Assembly (NCBI GenBank): GCA_030065635.1
Contig: JASJDJ010000056.1
Location: 1 to 29,967, forward strand
DNA: 29,967 nucleotides
Direction of reading: 5' to 3'
Source: Xenococcaceae cyanobacterium MO_188.B32
GTDB taxonomy: Bacteria > Cyanobacteriota > Cyanobacteriia > Cyanobacteriales > Xenococcaceae
The notes under the pieces: model-generated
Told to the model about the DNA's origin: nothing
Database searches by the model: none
Seen by the model: the letters and a program-made list of their open reading frames with translations, nothing else
Position numbers and translations under genes: made by a program
Part shown: positions 17,684 through 26,605 of the stretch, piece by piece
Numbering within the stretch: the stretch's first letter is position 1
How the letters are laid out: every line of letters starts with the position of its first letter

Positions 17684-18698
17684 TCGGTAAAGCAGTCAAT
17701 TCCCATCTCGTTAGAATTCCCGCATTCAAAACTACTCTGGGCAATTGGTTAAAACAATACCCTGATAGTCAAATTTTAGCTTGGCGAGTGGGAAGCCCCG
17801 CTCCTTGTCGCTCTGCGACAGGAGTCGGGATGAAAACGAGCGCGACAACTTATCGGTCATCGGTTGACAATTTTGAGACAAAATCTTTATGGAACAAGGA
17901 TTCTGGTCGTTGTATAATACATTTGAGCGTATCAATGGGTCGCTAGCTACCGAAGATCGGATAAACAAAAACCTAAAGCTAGCAAGCACCTTGACAATCA
18001 AACATATGGGGTTGCAACCAAAAAATAGTCTCGGTTGGGGACTCGGTGGTTGCGTAAAATGTTTGCCGTACAAAGGAAGCATTTTTAAAACTGTACCCAG
18101 GGACGCTGGGGAATGGAAACTGCCTGCTGACAGCGTACTGTCGGAGATGCATGATGCTTGCATTGTTCATCTAGATAAGTGCTACGCAGGAATACCTAGG
18201 TCGTGAGTCTAGGGAAGCCAGCACCTTATCCGTTAGGATAGGTGTATGGAGAACGTCACCAACAGATACGGGCTACAACCGTGATTATCAACGCTATCCC
18301 TATGGGACTTATTATACGGATGAGCGAATTATTTTCCCCGTTCGCAACCAACGCAATCTAAAATATCATCCCAAAACCATTGTTAGTTACATCTGGGAAA
18401 CGGATACTCAAACACCAAAGAATCAGTTTTCTGGTGCAAGCACTCGATTTAACCACGGGCAACTACAACAAATTGGCGAAAAAATAGTCGAATTTAATGG
18501 TCGTCAAATTAAAGCATATTGGGATAAACAACTAGAAACCGTCGTCGTGACAGAAATGGACGGTACAATTATTCGCAGTTCGACAGCTTTTGCTTTTGTT
18601 TATCCTGCTTACTTCGAGCGATAAAATTCGTTTTACACAAACCGCTTCCTCTCTCATATTTACCAGGGCTATTTCATTCTCAGCAGCCAGATAATAAA

Positions 18699-19448
18699 TT
18701 ATCTGTCTAAGTGTACTAAGTCGTCTTTTTTGTTCCAGTCACTCAATATATCTTTTATCAAAACTTCTTCAATCCATACTCGGGCGACAACCGCTAGTGG
18801 TAATGCTAAAAATAAACCAATAAAACCGAAAAAGACGGCAAAAGTAGCTTGTGCTAGTAAGGTAACTGCTGGCAGCAAAGAAACCTGCCGTTTCATAACT
18901 AAAGGAGTAAGAATGTTACTCTCAGCCTGTTGAATTAAAATATAAAGTATTAGCACCGCCACCGCTTTCCAGGGTGCATCACTCAAAGCTAGAACTATTG
19001 GCGGGATACAGCTTATAGTAGGACCTAAATTGGGTATAAAAGTTAACAAGCCAGCTAAAAGTGCATTAGCCAAAGGAACTTGCACTTGCAAAATTGATAA
19101 ACCCAGCCAGCTAAGAATGGTAATAACTAGCATATTAAACAGAATTCCCCGAGTCCAACCGACTAAAGCTATTTCACATTTTTTGAGAATTCTGGCAGCA
19201 CGACGACGATAGAAGGAAGGGAAGAAAACTAAAAACAAACGTATATAGGGACGAGGGTTAGCTAGTAACATAATCATGACTACCGTAACCAGAAGTATAT
19301 TTAAAATAACTCCTAGCGAACCCGAAAAAATATCATAAAAATTACCTACAAGCTGAGTTGCCACGCTAGGTAAATTACGAGTAATATTTTCTAGCTTTTG
19401 AATTTCTCCTACTAGCTGTTCGGGAACTTTCTTTTGTAACCACATCAA
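18699..19448 (-). CDS. AI-2E family transporter (UPF0118/PerM-like). The short form of 249 aa appears to lack the usual N-terminal ~100 aa.
   Basis: The C-terminal two-thirds show the AI-2E pattern (...LLTFIPNLGPTISCIPPIVLAL...). TTG start. The upstream frame is open, but it is not hydrophobic. Confidence 0.65.
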   Translation of the reverse strand: MMWLQKKVPEQLVGEIQKLENITRNLPSVATQLVGNFYDIFSGSLGVILNILLVTVVMIMLLANPRPYIRLFLVFFPSFYRRRAARILKKCEIALVGWTRGILFNMLVITILSWLGLSILQVQVPLANALLAGLLTFIPNLGPTISCIPPIVLALSDAPWKAVAVLILYILIQQAESNILTPLVMKRQVSLLPAVTLLAQATFAVFFGFIGLFLALPLAVVARVWIEEVLIKDILSDWNKKDDLVHLDR

Positions 19449-19715
19449 CCAAACTTCTATTTTGTCTACTGCTTGAGGTAATAGCTCGAGCGATTGCTGG
19501 TTAATTGGACTATTGTTGTTAGGAGTAACTTTCGGTTCGGGATGGATTAATCGTCTACCCCTTTCTTATGCCCTAATTTATTTAACTTAAGTTGCCTGCT
19601 TAACTTCTCATCTTGACTGGTAAAAACATGGTAGTCGCTGCAAACTAAAAGTATGAACTAGAAATTTTTTTTTTTTCTCAGTCTAAATTCGCTCGACATT
19701 AGAAGAGGTTATGAT

Positions 19716-20756
19716 ATGGTTCCCAACTATTGGTACGCCATCATCGAATCAAGCAAAATTCGGCATAAGCCAGTCGGCATTAAGCGGATGGATACAGATT
19801 TAGTTCTCTGGCGAGATGCTAATAGAAAAGTAATTTGCATGGTAAATCGCTGTCCTCATCGGGGAGCAGCACTTAGCCTGGGCAGAGTTAGAGATAGTTG
19901 TATTGAGTGTCCTTATCACGGCTTTCAATATAATACTGAGGGGCAATGCACCTTAATTCCTTGTAATGGCAAGAATGCTAAGATTCCTTCAGGATTGGAA
20001 GTTAAAACCTTTTCTGTCCGTGAAGCTCGAGGTTTTATCTGGATTTGGTGGGGTGAAGAGCGATCGGGCGGAGCCTGCCAGTCAAGCTGGGCGCTATTAC
20101 CCGAACTACCTAAATTTGAACAACTTCCTACCAATCTAGCCCATACCGCCGAGTCATCTCAGGTATGGAATGTTAATTACGCTCGAATTATGGAAAGTAA
20201 TTTTGACGTTCATCATCTTCCTTTCGTACACCGTTCGGTTACTCCTGGTGTGGGTACTCTAATCGATCCCTACCAGGTGGAAGTCCAGGGGGATGTAATT
20301 AGTACGTGGGGACAATTACGTCAAGATAATGGTAAATCCGCGGAAGAATCCCCAGGTTGGTTTTTTAGAATCACGGGAATCTTTCCCCAATTAACCTTAA
20401 TTGAATTATCTCCAAAAGTACGTCTTTTGGTCGTAGTTACGCCCATTGATGAAGATAATTCTTGGGTGGCGATTCGCTACTACCAAGATTACGTCAAAGT
20501 ACCGTTGCTCGGTCGTTTGGTAGCATGGCTAATTCTAATGGTTGAGTTTAAGGTATTCCAAGAACGACAAGATTTACCAGTCCTGCGATCTCTAAAACCC
20601 AAGTACGCCAAACTCAGAGCCAACAAATTCGTAGCTGCCGATGGTGGAAGTGCGCAATACTTAAAGCGATACGAACAACTTATGGGTCAAGTAATTGAGC
20701 AGAAGAGGAAAGCAGAGAATATCCCAGCAGGAAAAGAAAACTCGTTTTTAGTTTGA
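19716..20756 (+). CDS. Rieske [2Fe-2S] non-heme iron oxygenase (PaO/Tic55/CAO-like family).
   Basis: CPHRGAALSLG...CPYHGFQY Rieske motif. ESNFDVHHLPFVH mononuclear iron site. Confidence 0.8.
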   Translation: MVPNYWYAIIESSKIRHKPVGIKRMDTDLVLWRDANRKVICMVNRCPHRGAALSLGRVRDSCIECPYHGFQYNTEGQCTLIPCNGKNAKIPSGLEVKTFSVREARGFIWIWWGEERSGGACQSSWALLPELPKFEQLPTNLAHTAESSQVWNVNYARIMESNFDVHHLPFVHRSVTPGVGTLIDPYQVEVQGDVISTWGQLRQDNGKSAEESPGWFFRITGIFPQLTLIELSPKVRLLVVVTPIDEDNSWVAIRYYQDYVKVPLLGRLVAWLILMVEFKVFQERQDLPVLRSLKPKYAKLRANKFVAADGGSAQYLKRYEQLMGQVIEQKRKAENIPAGKENSFLV

Positions 20757-20847
20757 TATCAAAAATCTGGTTGAAAGCCCTGAACAAAAATAGCTGACGA
20801 CTTGAGTTTCACATCTTAAATAAAAACGTTATAGAGGTTAGTCACTG

Positions 20848-21567
20848 ATGAAAGTTACAATACTGCTCTACCCGGGACTAACAGCCTTAGATGCTATTGG
20901 TCCATACGAGGTATTCAATTCACTGCGAGAGTTTGAGATCCAATTTGCTTGGAAGGAAGTTGGACCAGTTGTTACCGATAGCGGAGTCTTAGTGCTGGGT
21001 GCGACCCATTCTTTGGATGAAATATCGGATTGCAATATCCTGGTCGTTCCTGGTTCTGGGACTGATACTTTAACGTTAATGGCAGACCATGAAGTCTTGG
21101 GTTGGTTGCAAAGAATTCATCGTACAACCAGTTACACAACTTCTGTCTGCTCTGGTGCTTTAATTCTGGGTGCAGCAGGTTTACTGAAAGGTTTACCTGC
21201 CACGACTCATTGGGCTGGAATGCCCATTCTCAAACAGTTTGGGGCTATTCCAAAACCCCAAAGTCGTATCGTAAGAAATGGAAAAATTATCACGGCGGCT
21301 GGGGTTTCAGCAGGTATCGATCTGGCACTGTTATTGATTTCTGAAACTCTCGGAGCCGAACGAGCAAAAATTGCTCAGCTCTTAATCGAATACGATCCGC
21401 AACCTCTGTTTAATGCAGGTCATATGAGCAAAGCTGAAGCCCCTGTAGTAAAGAAGGCCAGAGCAAAAATTACCAAAATTTCAGCGATGAATCCCCGCAA
21501 TATTGTCAGCGTTCCGAAATTACTCTTGAGCCAATGGGGTCAATCTCTCAAGAAGGCTCGTAAATAA
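20848..21567 (+). CDS. DJ-1/PfpI family protein (class I glutamine amidotransferase-like).
   Basis: Nucleophile-elbow motif SVCSGALILGAAGLL, VVPGSG, and the overall length. Confidence 0.8.
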   Translation: MKVTILLYPGLTALDAIGPYEVFNSLREFEIQFAWKEVGPVVTDSGVLVLGATHSLDEISDCNILVVPGSGTDTLTLMADHEVLGWLQRIHRTTSYTTSVCSGALILGAAGLLKGLPATTHWAGMPILKQFGAIPKPQSRIVRNGKIITAAGVSAGIDLALLLISETLGAERAKIAQLLIEYDPQPLFNAGHMSKAEAPVVKKARAKITKISAMNPRNIVSVPKLLLSQWGQSLKKARK

Positions 21568-21689
21568 CCCAATCGACCACTGCCTAATGCTTAAGACACA
21601 TCTAGTTAAACGCTTTATCTATGTCTGATATCAAATCCGCCTAATTGCCCACAATACTCACTCTTTAAAGAAAATCTTTCTCCCCCTGC

Positions 21690-21771
21690 TTCCTCTGCCG
21701 GAAAGGGGGGAAATATTCCCACAAACAAACTGCCGAGTTCAACAGATAAATTAAAGTCCCCCCTTCCCGCC
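21690..21771. repeat. Degenerate relative of the 12898-12998 MITE-like element. It is flanked by direct repeats ccctgcttcctc and ccctgcttccctc.
   Basis: tgccggaaagggggg...aaagtccccccttcccgcc parallels atcgccgggagggggctt...aagcccccttcccgcc. The 13-mer cccccttcccgcc is shared. The flanking direct repeat resembles a target-site duplication. Confidence 0.4.
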
Positions 21772-21825
21772 CCTGCTTCCCTCATTAGGAAGTATGGTTA
21801 TTCAACCGGATTTGATATGACTTCG

Positions 21826-22015
21826 CAAACTTAATGCTGTTAGCCTGTTTGGGAATATTGAGACACAGAATTCGCTAGTGATTCGATCGCTTACCCCCAG
21901 GCAAGCCGAACTCAAATCGAATAAATTAGTTGCTGCTGATGCTGGCAGCGCACAGTATTTGAAACGACATGAACAATTAATTAGCAAGTACAAATCTAGC
22001 CTCAAAGATCCCTAG
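21826..22015 (+). pseudogene. Relic of the 3' end of a second Rieske oxygenase paralog, the last ~60 codons only.
   Basis: Translation ...SLVIRSLTPRQAELKSNKLVAADAGSAQYLKRHEQLISKYKSSLKDP* aligns with the C-terminus of 19716..20756 (LPVLRSLKPKYAKLRANKFVAADGGSAQYLKRYEQLMGQ). Confidence 0.6.
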
Positions 22016-22020
22016 TTATT

Positions 22021-22048
22021 CTCGATTTATATCTACAAAGAAATCGAG
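22021..22048 (+). other. Perfect stem-loop with an 8-bp stem CTCGATTT/AAATCGAG and a 12-nt loop, lying between the Rieske relic and the ndhA start.
   Basis: Seen directly. It could be a residual terminator of the decayed upstream gene or a 5'-UTR element of ndhA. Confidence 0.4.
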
Positions 22049-22090
22049 ACAAATTTACAGCCACCAAACATTAATAAGAAGGTGATTGAA

Positions 22091-23227
22091 ATGAATCCAA
22101 TTTTGCTCTTAACTATCAGTCAAGAGATTGACTTTCAAGCAAGTTTTGTCAGAATCCTCACAGATTGGGGTTTTACTCCTGGTATCGCTAAAACTATTTG
22201 GCTACCAATCCCCATGATTCTGGTCATTGTCTTAGCTACCTTATTAGCATTGGTAGCAACTTGGTTAGAGCGTAAAATCTCCGCAGCAGCCCAACAAAGA
22301 ATTGGTCCAGAATATATCGGTCCTCAGGGAATACTAGTACCTGTTGCAGATGTAGTTAAATTAGTGTTTAAGGAAGCAGTAGTTCCAACACAAACCGACA
22401 ATTTCCTGTTTACTTTCGGTCCTTTGTTAGTAATTATTCCCATTTTTCTCTCTTTTTTAATTATTCCTTTCGGGCAAACGCTAATTATCAGTAATATTGG
22501 GATAGGAATTTTTCTGTGGATTGTGCTTTCGAGTATTGTGCCTATTGGTGCGCTGATGGCTGGCTATGCTTCCAACAATAAGTATTCCCTTTTGGGAGGA
22601 TTGCGCTCGGCTGCCCAGTCGATTAGTTACGAAGTTCCTCTGGCTCTATCAGTTTTAGCCATTGTGATGATGTCTGATAGTCTTAGTACTGTAGAGATTG
22701 TGGCACAACAGTCCAGTCAGGGAATTTTAAGTTGGAATATATGGAGACAACCTATTGGAGTAGCTATTTTCTGGATTGCTGCTTTAGCTGAAGCAGAACG
22801 CCTTCCTTTTGATTTACCAGAAGCAGAAGAAGAACTGGTAGCAGGATACCAAACCGAGTATGGTGGCATTAGATTTATGCTTTTTTACGGTAGTTCCTAC
22901 CTCAATCTAGTTCTTTCCTCTTTAATCTTTGCTGTCCTTTACCTTGGTGGCTGGAGTTTTCCTATCCCTGTAGAGCTATTAGCCAGTTGGTTTGGAGTAA
23001 GCGAAACTGCCGTCTGGTTACAACCCATCGTCTTAAGTTTGGGTATAATCGTGACTCTTTTCAAAGCTTATCTAATGATTTTCTTAGCAATTTTGCTACG
23101 CTGGACAGTCCCTAGAGTGAGGATCGATCAACTGCTAAATTTAGGCTGGAAATTTCTTTTACCTATTTCTTTACTCAACTTGCTTTTAACTGCTGCCTTT
23201 AAACTATTTGTGCCCATTCTTTTTTAA
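22091..23227 (+). CDS. ndhA: NAD(P)H-quinone oxidoreductase subunit 1 (NDH-1 subunit A, NuoH homolog).
   Basis: [18 protein letters not shown]...[24 protein letters not shown]...[24 protein letters not shown]...[12 protein letters not shown]. Start placed at ATG 22091 (MNPILL), which has an aaggtg RBS. The ORF track starts at GTG 22082. Confidence 0.9.
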   Translation: MNPILLLTISQEIDFQASFVRILTDWGFTPGIAKTIWLPIPMILVIVLATLLALVATWLERKISAAAQQRIGPEYIGPQGILVPVADVVKLVFKEAVVPTQTDNFLFTFGPLLVIIPIFLSFLIIPFGQTLIISNIGIGIFLWIVLSSIVPIGALMAGYASNNKYSLLGGLRSAAQSISYEVPLALSVLAIVMMSDSLSTVEIVAQQSSQGILSWNIWRQPIGVAIFWIAALAEAERLPFDLPEAEEELVAGYQTEYGGIRFMLFYGSSYLNLVLSSLIFAVLYLGGWSFPIPVELLASWFGVSETAVWLQPIVLSLGIIVTLFKAYLMIFLAILLRWTVPRVRIDQLLNLGWKFLLPISLLNLLLTAAFKLFVPILF

Positions 23228-23356
23228 TAGATCGATCTTAGAGCTTAATTATGAACTACTCAGCCCTGCTTCGCGAGGACTGAGTTTCTAGCTTCACTGG
23301 GTGCTGCCTTACCTTAATCTTGCGACCAAGGCTTGGTCTTACGCTCCCTCCACTAG

Positions 23357-23386
23357 CAGAGACGGCTATTCCATCCGTCTGTTTTT
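23357..23386 (+). terminator. Candidate intrinsic terminator: stem cagaGACGG/CCGTCtg followed by a T5 run.
   Basis: Seen directly, about 130 nt downstream of the ndhA stop. No ndhI follows. Confidence 0.4.
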
Positions 23387-23536
23387 CATCCCATGCCTAA
23401 AGGCGATGGGCGCATCATTCTGCGACAATTTCTGTAATACCTAATTTCTTGGCTTTTTGTCTCGTGCTACAACTATCTTTGGTAATAGTTACAGTTTACT
23501 AATGAGAATGGCGAAAAATTATCTAAGATTTTAAAA

Positions 23537-24178
23537 ATGTATAGACAAATTATCGATCCAACCAAATCTTATACTTTCAGTGATTACGGCAAGCTAACCT
23601 GCGAAGCGATCGATCTAGTTGAATATTTCGGCTACAAGTTAAACAAAGAAATAATCAATTTCCCCGAACCAAGCATAACCCTACCTCCAGAGTTTTGGAA
23701 AGAAATTGAAACTTTAAAAAGCAGGTTCGTCAAGCGTCTATCTAAATTTTATTTTAGTGCTGAGATTGCCAGAAGAGAAGTATACGTTGCACCAATTCTG
23801 CTTACTCTAGCTGACTGGATTGATTTTACTGCTAGGTTGGAATATGCGATCGCTGTTTCCGAGCAGCTTAAGGGAACGTTAGACTATATGTTGCTCTCAA
23901 ACAGTAATACTGTAGTAATAATCGAGGCAAAGAAAGACGATCTAGAGAAGGGATTCTCTCAATTAACAGTGCAAATGATTGCCGTATCTACCGACAGGGG
24001 AGATGAGCAAAAAATTTATGGAGCAGTAACAACTGGGAATATTTGGCAGTTTGGCATTTTAGACCCTGCCAAGAAAATAGTAACTCAAGATATTGAGGTC
24101 TATCGAGCGCCCGCCGACCTAGAGCAGTTAATCAATATTTTCCTTTCAATTTTGTCGGAAAAAAATACTTCAATTTAA
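23537..24178 (+). CDS. Hypothetical protein with a PD-(D/E)XK-nuclease-like core motif.
   Basis: ...GTLDYMLLSNSNTVVIIEAKKDDLEKGFSQL matches the D...(I/V)IEAK pattern of restriction-endonuclease-like folds. No other domain recognised. Confidence 0.45.
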   Translation: MYRQIIDPTKSYTFSDYGKLTCEAIDLVEYFGYKLNKEIINFPEPSITLPPEFWKEIETLKSRFVKRLSKFYFSAEIARREVYVAPILLTLADWIDFTARLEYAIAVSEQLKGTLDYMLLSNSNTVVIIEAKKDDLEKGFSQLTVQMIAVSTDRGDEQKIYGAVTTGNIWQFGILDPAKKIVTQDIEVYRAPADLEQLINIFLSILSEKNTSI

Positions 24179-24404
24179 AATGTCCGAACAATAAGGGATT
24201 CTAGACGGAGCGCGATCGCATCTTTTAGCACTTTAGCTCGTTGCACCTTCAGGTAAGGGTCTTGGTTCGATCCATAGCTAGTTAACTAAGAGTGTTCTTT
24301 TTAGGGTGAACAAAATACTGCACACCCATCGTAAAAACTTCATTTGTCATATCATGGGATTAAATTGAGAACTGATGTAGTATAAATAATCTCTACGCAA
24401 AATC

Positions 24405-24893
24405 ATGACCGAGTCAATACTCACACAAATACATTCTGAATGGATTACTAAGGAAAAGTTTCAACCTTATGGTCAATTAATTACTCCTGCCCAAGACGGA
24501 AAATCCTATGATGTTGATGATGCCCAGCTAAACCTCCAAAACGGTACTCCTCGTTTTTATATTATGCGTTTGCATCATAGAGGGAGAAAATTTCATCAAA
24601 TTACTCGTCACAGCCTTTGTACTCAATGCTTGGGTTCTTTGGAGGGAAAAGATTGGTTTATCGCTGTTGCACCTCCTTCAACAACATCTAAGCCAGATTT
24701 AGACAAAATGGCTGCATTTCATATTCCTGGCAACTGTTTTATTAAACTAGAAGTGGGTACTTGGCACGCAGGGCCTTATTTCGATCGCGAAGTTGTTGAT
24801 TTTTATAATTTAGAATTGAGCGATACTAATGTAGTCGATCATTTTACCTACAATTTTTTGACCAATGATAATTTAGAATTTGAAATTATTTAA
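24405..24893 (+). CDS. Ureidoglycolate lyase (AllA)-like cupin family protein.
   Basis: FQPYGQLI...RLHHRGRKFHQITRH...WFIAVAPP...AFHIPGNCFIKLEVGTWHAGPYF resembles the AllA/ureidoglycolate hydrolase fold. Confidence 0.5.
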   Translation: MTESILTQIHSEWITKEKFQPYGQLITPAQDGKSYDVDDAQLNLQNGTPRFYIMRLHHRGRKFHQITRHSLCTQCLGSLEGKDWFIAVAPPSTTSKPDLDKMAAFHIPGNCFIKLEVGTWHAGPYFDREVVDFYNLELSDTNVVDHFTYNFLTNDNLEFEII

Positions 24894-25068
24894 TCGCGGG
24901 AAGTGGGTCAAAAATAGTTTTTACAAACTACCTGAATTTTTCCCCTGCTACTGACCAGAAGCTACCCGCATAATAAGAACAACTCAAGAAAACTTTGAAA
25001 CAACCCTGGGGGAAGCAGGGGGAGAAAAAAATAAAGCTTATCCAAATAGTATTGGCCGATCGATACTG

Positions 25069-25107
25069 CCCCATCTCCCTAATCTCCCCCATCTCCCCCA
25101 TCTTCCA
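25069..25107. repeat. Imperfect tandem repeat with about 4 copies of (ATCTCCCCC).
   Basis: Seen directly in the convergent intergenic gap between 24405..24893 and 25139..25981. It generates the spurious minus-strand ORF 24928..25110 (GEMGE repeats). Confidence 0.8.
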
Positions 25108-25138
25108 CAACCAGAAAATTAAGTTTGAGCAGTTTAGC

Positions 25139-25981
25139 CTACTGTACGTCTCCTAAATTAAATAGGAAAGGTACGCTACTTTTAGAATCACCACCCATTA
25201 CTAAAACTTTAGGCATTTGTGCTCCTCCTTCTCGCCAAGCTTCGATCGCTTCTTTTTGTAATACGAGTTCCCCACCTTGGGCTTTGAGGGTTTCGGCTAA
25301 TAGTTTTTGGGCTTCTGCTTTACCTTTAGCACGGTTGATATCAGCTTGTGCTTGTTGTTCTGCTTCTTTAGCTACATAAACTGCCCTTCTCGCTTTTTGT
25401 TCGGCAATTTGTTTTTCTTCTACTGCCCTAGCAAACTCAGGGGAAAAATTAAGGTCAACTACACTAGTATCTAAGACAATAATGCCGTACTTTTCTAAAC
25501 GAGAACCAAGAGCTATATCAAAATCTTCTTTCAGTTCGCTTCTTTTGGTAATTGCTTCCTCTACTGTCCTTCTAGCAGCAGCAATTTTAAAGGATTCTTG
25601 AGTTTGAGGAGCAATAATTTTAGCAACAATATTTTGTAATGTCCCTTGTTTTCTTCTAATTTCGACAATCCTAATCGGATCGAGACGAAAGTTAATGGCA
25701 AAACGAGCTTTTAAATCTTGTAAATCTTTGGTCGAACTTTCTGCGGGAACTTCAAACTTTTGTACGGTTACATCGTAAATATCCACATTAGAAACAAGAG
25801 GTGGTCGAAAGTGAAGTCCTTCTAGTAATGCTCCATCTTGTGCTTTACCTAAGATACTTAATACCCCTGCTTGACCAGGATTAATAATAACAAACGCATT
25901 AAAGGCAATTAATACAATTAAAGCAGCAATAATACCGCCTAGTAAAGGCTGCCAACTATTGGAAGGCTGATTAGTAGTCAA
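25139..25981 (-). CDS. SPFH/band-7 (prohibitin-family) membrane protein.
   Basis: N-terminal TM, then an SPFH core and a coiled-coil tail rich in AEQKA/EAEQQAQ. Typical prohibitin architecture. Confidence 0.8.
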   Translation of the reverse strand: MTTNQPSNSWQPLLGGIIAALIVLIAFNAFVIINPGQAGVLSILGKAQDGALLEGLHFRPPLVSNVDIYDVTVQKFEVPAESSTKDLQDLKARFAINFRLDPIRIVEIRRKQGTLQNIVAKIIAPQTQESFKIAAARRTVEEAITKRSELKEDFDIALGSRLEKYGIIVLDTSVVDLNFSPEFARAVEEKQIAEQKARRAVYVAKEAEQQAQADINRAKGKAEAQKLLAETLKAQGGELVLQKEAIEAWREGGAQMPKVLVMGGDSKSSVPFLFNLGDVQ

Positions 25982-26019
25982 TCCCGTATCTCCTCTCAGT
26001 ATTTTTATATAGCTTTTAT

Positions 26020-26301
26020 TTACATACTAGAGCGTTTGCGGGTGCGAAACCAGAGCAAAATACCTGTAATTGCTAGCATCATCAGTCCAAAGGCATTTAA
26101 GAAAGGATAAATCATTTCTAGATTAATCCGTCCAAACTTACCTCTATGCCATTCTAATAGCCAAATAAACTCACTACTGTGTCCAGTTAAAACAGCAATT
26201 TGAAATAAAGAACCTGTGAGTAAAGTAAGCAATACAGGCAGAAACACGATCGGCGCGATACGAGAATGTAGTCGGCGCAAATGAACTCTACTAATTGGCA
26301 T
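26020..26301 (-). CDS. Small 2-TM membrane protein (PepSY-TM-helix-like) upstream of the prohibitin gene and co-oriented with it.
   Basis: 93-aa ORF. The LLEWHRGKFG...ITGILLW pattern resembles PepSY-associated TM helices. Confidence 0.45.
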   Translation of the reverse strand: MPISRVHLRRLHSRIAPIVFLPVLLTLLTGSLFQIAVLTGHSSEFIWLLEWHRGKFGRINLEMIYPFLNAFGLMMLAITGILLWFRTRKRSSM

Positions 26302-26314
26302 GAGAATTTGGTAA

Positions 26315-26605
26315 TTAACGCACTCTGGATTTGATCCAAGTCAAGAGAAAAGGAGTAATGATTAAACTAAACAATATTACTTCCCCTGCGATCGTAACCG
26401 CATTTACTGGAGAAGAATTGGTAATTTTTGTAACTGGTTCTGACTGAATTTCAACTGTAGTATTGGTGTCTAGAGAAGGCTGTTGCGGATTCTGTTCTTC
26501 TACAATTGATTCTGTAGACTGGGTTTTCGGGGATTCTTTGATTTCTAATTTTTGCTCGGAATGTCCTTGATGGGCAAGAATGCGTTTATTTAAGCGATCG
26601 TACAT
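26315..26605 (-). CDS. Hypothetical tail-anchored protein: a polar, acidic N-terminal part and a single C-terminal TM helix. It is the first gene of a putative 3-gene operon with the prohibitin.
   Basis: 96-aa ORF, 13 nt upstream of the next gene on the same strand. Confidence 0.4.
   Translation of the reverse strand: MYDRLNKRILAHQGHSEQKLEIKESPKTQSTESIVEEQNPQQPSLDTNTTVEIQSEPVTKITNSSPVNAVTIAGEVILFSLIITPFLLTWIKSRVR

Noticed and set aside
21802-22005. Minus-strand 67-aa ORF.
   Set aside because: It lies antisense to the Rieske paralog relic, whose plus-strand translation aligns clearly to the intact Rieske C-terminus.
24225-24300. Possible tRNA, because of a GGTTCGATCC T-loop-like motif at about 24264.
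   Set aside because: The flanking sequence cannot form a T-stem, acceptor stem or anticodon arm. I found no cloverleaf.
24928-25110. Minus-strand 60-aa ORF with MGEMGEIREMGQ repeats.
   Set aside because: The repeats are the translation of the (ATCTCCCCC)n tandem array. It is an intergenic repeat, not a gene.
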